From assembly GCF_009914755.1 (NCBI RefSeq), contig NC_060943.1: DNA of 64,000 bases. The stretch is one strand, 5' to 3'. Positions 53,632 to 64,000 of the stretch are shown in pieces; positions within the stretch are counted from its first letter, which is position 1, and every line of letters begins with the position of its first letter. Both the position numbers and the translations under genes were made by a program. The notes beneath the pieces were generated by a model. The model made no database searches. It worked only from the letters and a program-made list of their open reading frames with translations, and was not told the origin of the DNA. This DNA comes from the human T2T-CHM13v2.0 reference genome, Homo sapiens.

Positions 53632-55156
53632 AAGAGTAGAGGCCATTGTGGTGGGTGGTGAAACATTACAAGTACTAAAGCCATTGCTTCAGCTTTCTTT
53701 AACAGTGTGACCGCTGAAAAACTAAATGGTTAGTGTTTTGGGTTGCCTCTAGTGAGACATGGCTAGACGTGCAGATTCTAAGCAAAGGTTATAGGAACTT
53801 GAGGTTCTGTAGACCCTTAAGGGGTTGGGTCAGGGGTGTCTATGATGCTTTCAGAATGAGTATATGCTGAATTTTGGGGTCTGTATATTTTCTGCAGAGA
53901 GAGAATTTGTAGATTTCATCAAATTCTCAAAGGAATCCATGACCCAAAAAAGACTACAACCACTGGCTTAGAGTAACACTGAGCCCCATGGCCTCATTTT
54001 GTCTCCGTTTTACTTTACTGTTCTAGATTGAGACCTGCCTTTTATTTTTCCCTGATACTTATTTGGAGGGGTCCTTGATGCAAAGAACTCTATTGTTGAA
54101 CATCTAAGGAGGAGTATGTAAGCTTTCTTTTTTGGAAGCTTGGGTATTATGGCTCTTAAATCTTCATCTTTTCTGTCATTGTTTAGTAAAAATGTCTTTC
54201 TATTTGAAATAATGATTACTGTATTTCTAGGTGCAAGTATTCATTCATTTGTCATGTATTTATATGCTGAGGCCCATGCTGGGCAGTGGTCATAGAGAGA
54301 TGAAATGACCAGATCCTGGCCCTTAGAGGCTTTTAGTGATACACATGTAAGTGCTCAGAAATGGTAGCTGTTAGTCTCCTGGGAACAGCTATTATATAGT
54401 GTCATGGCCAAAGTCATAGAGGATATACAGGGTAGAACAGGAACACAGGAGAGGTTATCTAGACTATGTTTCATTGAAATTTCACTGTTGATTCATCTCA
54501 TTAGCTCATTGATGGGTTGCAAACCTTTGCATGAGAGGGTGTAACAGATTAGGTGTTTGGGGCCTTTGCCAAACTGGAGAGGTACAGTTGGAAACACGAC
54601 AGTGACTGAGGCTGTAGCTGTGACACATGTATTCAAATGGAACTCACTTAAAAACTATTGACTCTATTTCTCTACTTTTCTGTCGACAACAGTATACGGT
54701 TCTGTTTGCCCTTAGTCACTCAGGAGGTATTTATTGGATGCCCAGAGGGTGTGTAATACTGGACTGGACCCTTGGACTGGACTGTTTACTTACTAGAAGA
54801 GCAGATGGAAATGATTGGGTTGTGGCTCTTTGGCAATATTCTTTGCTGTCTCCCAGTAGTCAGTATGGTAATAAGCTTCCCTCTGGTGGGAGGTAGGATA
54901 GTTGGGCTTTGGAAATCAAAATACCAGAGTTCCAAACCCAGCTCTGCCACTTTCCATCTGGGTAGCCTTGGCCAGGTCAGTTGATACCTCTGAGCCTTGG
55001 TTTTCTGATGTACAAAATGGGGATATAACTATCACCCGCCCTCCAGGACTTCTGCCACATAGTAGAGCCCAATAAATGGAAGTTGTATTGTTACTAGCAG
55101 GTGAGGATTATAAACCATGGAGGAATTCCCTCACTTTATTGATTCATTAAGGATAA

Positions 55157-55567
<411 letters not shown>

Positions 55568-55885
55568 TGAGCCACTGTGCCCGGCCAGGGCAAAGGTTCT
55601 TAATCCAGGGTTCCTGAATTTTTTGTGTAAGTCCATTCTATTTTCTGGGAGAAAGTGTTCAAGTTTTTATCAGATTGTCAAAGGGATTCTTAACTGCCAA
55701 AAGATTAAGAATTGGTTAACTGGCCAGGCGCGATGGCTCACGCCTTAATCCCACCACTTTGGGAAGCCGAGGCAGGCAGATTGCTTGAGTTCAGGAGTTC
55801 GAGACCAGCCTGGGCAACGTGATGAAATCCTGTCTTTACCGAAAATACAAAAATTAGCCAGGTGTTGGCCGGGCACAGTGACTCA

Positions 55886-56593
<708 letters not shown>

Positions 56594-58277
56594 CTAAATA
56601 ATTGTTAGCTGCTTGTCCTCATAGTTCTTTCCATAGGTTGATTCTGAGTTGGGGCGTCTCTGCACTGTACCTTGCAATCAGGCCGGACCACTTGCTTTTT
56701 CCTGAACACTGTGTTCAGGCTTTGTATGTTCATGAGGTCCCTCTGCCTAGAGTATCTCTTCTCCCAACATTTGTAAGTCCAGTTCTCCATGCATCAGAGC
56801 TTCCTGGTGTTGCCTTTTAGAGTTCTCATCAGCTTATAACTCCCTGGAGAGCACTGACTCTCATCTTCGGATCCTTCACCGTCATGGTCCTTTGCACATG
56901 GTAGGTGCTAAATAAAGGGTTGTGGAACTAAGTGAAGAGTGATACATATGAAGGAAACAAACACCTGTGTAAGGGAGAAGGCTATAAATTAAAATTTTCA
57001 GATACCAGTGAATTCTGCGGGGGAGCTTGGGAAACCCTTAGAGTTTCACTGACAACCTGAATAGGGGGAGGAGCCTGCCCTGAGTTAGGAAGCAGGAGTG
57101 TGGGGAACAGGTAGCCAGCCATAAGGTCTTGGCCAGGTCATATCACTTCTGGACTGGAGTTAACACCTTCAAAAACTGTTCGGGTTGGACTTTTTGAACA
57201 TATAATAGAGGTGATGTTGATGAGCATCTACCGTATACCAGGTACTACTCTAGGTCCTGGGAATATAGTAGGTTGCCACCAGACAAGACCCCTTCTTTTC
57301 TAGTGGGAAGCATTGGGTGGGAAGTTAGTCCTTTCTAGCCTTAAAATGCTGTGATTCTGTCATCTGAAGAATGGGCACCAACTTCTGCTTGGGATTGTTT
57401 TGAGGATCAAATGAGAAAGCACTTTAAAGATTATAAAACACACTTACCTTGTTTATTATGAATACTTCTCTCCCCCCTTGGTTTTGCCCCCCTTGGTTTT
57501 GACTTAGGTTTTTTAAAAGTTTAAAATTGAATTGTACCAATAGGAGTATGAACTAATGATCCCAGGGTTTAGGTAGATTTGGGGACTTAAATCTTTCAAT
57601 AAGTGATCCTTTAGCTAGATTGGGATGTAGGTTTGTAATATCATCTTCACCAGTGAAAAATGTATTGGGGGGGAAGTCCATTTATTTATGGATATTTTGG
57701 ATATTTTGTTTCTGCCTTAACATAAGTTCGTTCGTTCGTTCTTTCTCTTTTTTTTTTTTTTTTTTTTAAGATTTCAGACTGTCTCTGCCATTATTCTTAA
57801 ATACAACTTTATATTGGTGAAGGCTGCTTGTCAGGGAAAAACCAAACTTCTCTACTGATTTGGGATTTTTTTTTACCATAAATTCAGGGTGCAGTTGTTC
57901 TTGAAGTGGTTCCATTTTGTGATTAGGCTGAGTATTTTTAAGCACAACTCTCTCCCTTGTCCTTAGAATTATCTCCAGTATCCTCAAAACAAAGAGCAAA
58001 TGATGCAATTAGGATGCAATCCCTTGCCTGTGGATTTCAAGGAAAATTATTTTCCACACTACTTGGAAGCTCATGGACAAAGTCAAGCTTTCTTTAGATC
58101 TGGTGAACTTAGAAAAAATAACTTGATGAAGTGAGATTCTTACCTTGAGGTTAGTTTTTGAGAGTGGATCAATGATGTGAAATTTCTAAGATATTCTTGA
58201 TTTATAAATATCACTTTATGACTCATTCCTTGGAGCAGTTTTTATTTTTTCCTTTGAAAAACTTTAGATGTAATTGA

Positions 58278-58613
<336 letters not shown>

Positions 58614-58993
58614 TAGTGAAAGGAAAGCCATGTATCTTTTTCTGCTGTCTCCTATGTCATGTCTTACTCTGCCGTTTTGTAATGGTCCTTGAGATTGAGA
58701 TAATAGAGAGAGATTTTCTAGATTTTCACCTACTCACTGATTTTTACTACAGGCATTTTAATTCCTTTAAATTTGAGACTGATTTTCTTCCCATAGTATT
58801 TAACTTATCATCATCCTTATAGGAGGGCCAGACCCTTAGGATTTATGTGAATACTGCTAGTTGGTAGGAAAGGTACTTTTCCTGAAGCCTTGAAAGAGTA
58901 TTTCCAGAATAGTGAGCTTCATATTTTTTTGGTAACTTTTTTTTAAAGGTATACTTTCTGTGTAAATAGAAATGAATTTTTGCAATTGGATGA

Positions 58994-59305
<312 letters not shown>

Positions 59306-60666
59306 TGAGCCACCGCGCCCAGCCGGGCAAAATCTTATAGCATCTTATCCCTTCTATGGTTTGGGAAATTAAGAAAAGTGCACGTTGGTGTTTTCTCACA
59401 ATTTAATGCTCAGGCAAGTAAAATGATATCCTTAATTGCAAGTTACTGAAGTTGAAAGGCGACCATTTCCCATCAATTAGAAATGGTCTTTATGGTTAAC
59501 TCTGGCAGAAATTCTGTTCTTCTGTGAGGCTTGGGTGATATCAGTAATCCTATTGAGGAGAGAGCATATTGAATCCTCTGACTTTGGGCAAATAATTTAG
59601 TCTCCAGGTCCCAATGCCCTTGTCTGTGAAATGAAGAGAATACTTACCCTTCCCGGGTGGATTTAAAAATCTGTGAGGAAGGCCAGGTGCGGTGGCTCAT
59701 GCCTGTAATCCCAGCACTTTGGGAGGCTGAGGCAGGCGGATCTCCTGAGGTCAAGAGTTTGAGACCAGCCTGGCCAACATGGTGAAACCCCATCTCTACT
59801 AAAAATACGTAATTGGCTGGGCTTAGTGGCACATGCCTGTAGTCCCAGCTACTCGGGAGGCTGAGGCAGGAGAATCGCTTAAACCCAGGAAGCAGAGGTT
59901 TCAGTGAGCCAAGATCGCGCCACTGCACTCCATCCTCGGTGACAAGAATGAAACCCCGTCTCAAAAAAAAAGCTATAAGGAAGCCCAGCACGGTGGCTCA
60001 CACCTGTAATCCCAAGCACTTTGGGAGGCCTAGGTGGGAGGATCACTTGAACTCAGGAGTTCAGACCAGCCTAGGCAACATGGTGAAACCCTGTTTCTAC
60101 AAAAAATTAGCCAGGCGTGATGGTGTGCACCTGTAGTCCCAGCTGAGGTGTATCACCGGAGCCCGGGAGGTCAAGGCTGCAGTGAGTGGTTATTGCGCCA
60201 CTGCACCTGCACTCCAACCTGGGCAACAGCAAGTCCCTGTCTCAAATAAAAGCTAAGAAGGCAAGTTTTGTAATAGTACTTTGAGCAGCATAAGGTACAT
60301 ATACAAAATATTGTGGGAAATATATTATGAAGTTTTGCATCTAGGTACATAAGAGACTGTTTCCCTCACAGTGGAGAGCTTTGGTAAAAGAGCAAGTGGA
60401 TTAGAGCAGTTGTAGCTTCTGTTTTCTCCAGAAAGCTCACGCTGTGCAGCAGCTGTTTTTGTCCATTCTGGCTTTGCAGCAGTGCAGTATTGGGGTTAAG
60501 CCACGTGTGTGGGCCTCAGAGGCAGGCAGCTGGGGCCATACTAAGCCGGGTGATCTTGAACGAGTCTCTTGACCTCTGCAAGCCTGTTTTCTCATCTGTA
60601 AAATGGGGATTATAATAGTAGCTGCTCTGTTGGGTTACTGTGAGAAATGCTTAATATGGATTGTAG

Positions 60667-61098
<432 letters not shown>

Positions 61099-61894
61099 TG
61101 ATGGCCCATTTTCATCAGTCATCCTGGAAATCAGCAAGAGTCAAGCTGCTTTGTGCACTTATTGGGGTGCACTTATTTTCTCCAAGGTGTCCATTTCATG
61201 AGGCATTTTTTGTTAATGGAAAGCTGGGTTAGCAAATGCAGTGATGAAGGGCCATAAGTATAGTTTTAGTAGTTGTTAACCCTTGAAGGTAGTGGGTTTA
61301 TTTTGTCTTTTTTTTTTTTTTTACGACCTCCAACACTTTCTATTTATCTTGGCTTAATATAATACCTGAAAATGAATTTTAGTTAAGACTTAGAGATTTG
61401 TCTAAACAATCTCCAAGCAGGTTGAAAACTGAGACTTTCAAGAGCCAGGGGATTTGAGTGTATTCTGGATTAACTTGGTTCTTCATCTTTCCAAGAAAGG
61501 TAAACTGTGTTCTAGGCAGTTTTTGTAATGGGATTTTCAGGCTAGATCTTTAACCAAAAAAAAAAAAAAAAGAGGCCCTACAGAAACTTAGAAACAGCCT
61601 TTACAGGGTCAAGGGGAGCTTTGACAAGGAAGAGGCAAAAATCTCTGCCCCATGTGTCAGTTGAACTTCTTCCACCTTCCCTCACCAGTGGCTACATTTC
61701 AGGGCTGAAAGGGCTTTGGAATCCTTTGCTGAGTGCTTTGGATGAGATTTGTTTTCAAGTTGCTTTTTAGAATTAGAGTGACCATTTACATGGTTTTCAT
61801 TCCCAATCTGTGAATTCCAAAGCCTTATACCAGTCACCAGGCAGATACGTTACCTAAGAAGTGCCTACTTTTGGAGGCCGAGGTAGGTGGATCA

Positions 61895-62194
<300 letters not shown>

Positions 62195-62442
62195 TTAGTC
62201 AAAAAAATATACTTATTGACTTTCCTAAAAAATTAAAAAGAAAAACAACTAAATACACAGCCAACTAGCATCTTCATTTTTAGAACTCAAAAATTAATTG
62301 GAATATACCTAGGGAGAAATTTTCTGGAATTTCATTTTCTGGGATATTTTTTAAAATTGCTAGTCCTCATTCCTTTGTCATTTTATATTTCATTTTCCAT
62401 CTTAGTTAATATTGCTGTTTTTATTTCCTCATTCTCTGTTAT

Positions 62443-62636
62443 TGTATCAGTTATTGTCCAATCAGGAAAGTAGAAACCACTCTAGATAGTTCCAGCAGGA
62501 AGGGACTTAAATGCAAGGGATTTATTACAAAGGTGCTGGAAAGGCTTGGGAGGAGCAAAATGCAGAAGAGGGTTGTTATCCAGAGATGAGAAAGCTGCCT
62601 GTGGGCTAGAACCCAGGAGCCTCCATGCACAGATGA

Positions 62637-62676
<40 letters not shown>

Positions 62677-62960
62677 GAGCTGTATTGCTGCAGTTCACCA
62701 GGAACCCAGAAGCCAAAACTGCGCTGATGTGCTGGAACCTGCGGTGTGTGTAGTTGCCTGCATTCTTCCATAGTTGTTCACTGCTCCTGCTGCTGCTGCT
62801 CCCCAAGACAGAGCAGTAACAGGAAAAAAGTGGTGTTATCCTTCCACTTGCCAACCAATCTCCAGCCTTTGAAAACCTAACTGTGGAAGCCAGCTGGCAA
62901 AGGAGTCTGGGAAATGTAGTGTGCAGGCTTTCAGTTCTGCTGATACGGAGGAGAATGTAG
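62443..62960. mobile_element. Ancient LTR relic (MaLR/ERVL-like, family uncertain) containing a CTG repeat
   Basis: Begins tgtatcagtt...ccaatcaggaaa..gaaaccac and contains ggaagccagctggcaaaggagtctgggaaatgtagt, motifs typical of old solitary LTRs. Confidence 0.45.
62638..62673 (+). repeat. (CTG)12 trinucleotide repeat
   Basis: Twelve uninterrupted CTG units; a shorter CTG run lies near 62781-62800. Confidence 0.97.
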
Positions 62961-64000
62961 AAGGGCGCGTTTGACCAAATGAATGCTGTAATTGCTTGGG
63001 TGATGCATTTCTCATAACGGAGATGGGCAGAGAAGGCATTATTTTACACTGATAACATTCAGAGAGGTGGAGAAGAGGCACAGTGGCATTCCAGATAAGG
63101 GGATAGCCAGAGTGGTGGTGTGGAGGCAGGAATGCTCATGGCATGTTCAGAGAATAGCTTAGCTGGACCATAGAGTTCTTTTTGAAGGATAGCTAGAAAT
63201 GAAGGTAGAAAATAAGGTTGGGTTCAAATTGGATTGAGATTGTGGTAGTAAAAGCTGTCTTACAATTAACCCATGTTGGGTGTGGTAGCTCACGCCTGTA
63301 ATCCCAACATTTTGGGAGGCTGAGGCTGGCAATCATTTGAGCCCAGGAGTTCCAGACCAGCCTGGCCAACATGGTGAAACCTTGTCTCTACAAAAAAAAT
63401 ACAAAAATTAGCCGGGCATGGTAGCACACCCACACATCTAGTCCCAGCTACTCAGGTAACTGCAGCGGGAGGATCGCTTGAGCCTGGGAGGTTGAGGCTG
63501 TGGTGAGCCATAATCGCGCCACTACACTCCAGCCTGGGTGACAGAGTGAGACCCTGTACAAAAAAAAACAAAAACAAAAACAAAAACAAAAAAAAAAAGA
63601 AGAAGATTAACCCATAGCACTTTACACAGTGATTTGAGCTGGGATAGACCAATGAGGAAACTCTTATGATAGCTCAAGCTTTAAGGGCTTGAGGACTGTG
63701 GTAAAAACCTGTACATTCAAGACAAAGTTGTCTTGAATGAATTGTTTCTGTCTTAAGAACTGAGGCTATGGTAGTGGAGTTGGAGATAAACAGTTCATTC
63801 AAAACAAGCTTTTAACTGATGTACCTGTCAATGGCTTGGGGCAAGTAATTGGAATAAATAATGAATTCTGATTTTCTGTTGATTTTTCTATATAAATTGA
63901 ATTTGTTGATTACCTTATGCTCTTGAAAAGGTCTTAGTTCTCTCTTTTTTATGCTTTTACTTCTCTGGGATAATGCCTTGATAAGTTAGACTCATCATGG

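Noticed and set aside
62451-62854. Poly-Cys, poly-Ser and poly-Ala ORFs
   Set aside because: They are simply the reading frames of the CTG/CAG repeat; there is no exon evidence.

Overview
Human (primate) genomic DNA, very rich in Alu repeats. It contains the complete AP2S1 gene (AP-2 adaptor sigma-2 subunit) on the minus strand: five exons of 3+150+114+60+102 coding nt give 142 aa plus stop. All introns are phase 0 with GT-AG ends, and the polyA signal is at 2019-2024. About 10 kb upstream and divergently oriented is a large CpG-island promoter with a non-coding first exon ending at a GTGAGT donor (25048). From recalled synteny (19q13.32) this is ARHGAP35/p190A RhoGAP exon 1, and the rest of the window is its first intron; no ARHGAP35 coding sequence is visible. 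That intron holds a near-complete fossil Tigger1 transposon (40688-47927) split by many Alus and one L1, a very young 5'-truncated AluYa5-type insertion, (AT)33, (TG)16 and (CTG)12 microsatellites, and older LTR/MIR/L2 relics. Most ORFs in the supplied track are Alu-derived or GC-rich artefacts. I see no convincing wholly new biological system. The best leads are regulatory: a five-copy ZNF143-type motif array at the AP2S1 promoter, a strong-Kozak uORF in the CpG-island exon, an orphan promoter-like element near 20 kb, a unique YY1/smORF/splice-donor element near 29.3 kb, and the all-phase-0 AP2S1 exon layout with flanking inverted Alus. Repeat boundaries and subfamily names were judged by eye and are approximate.
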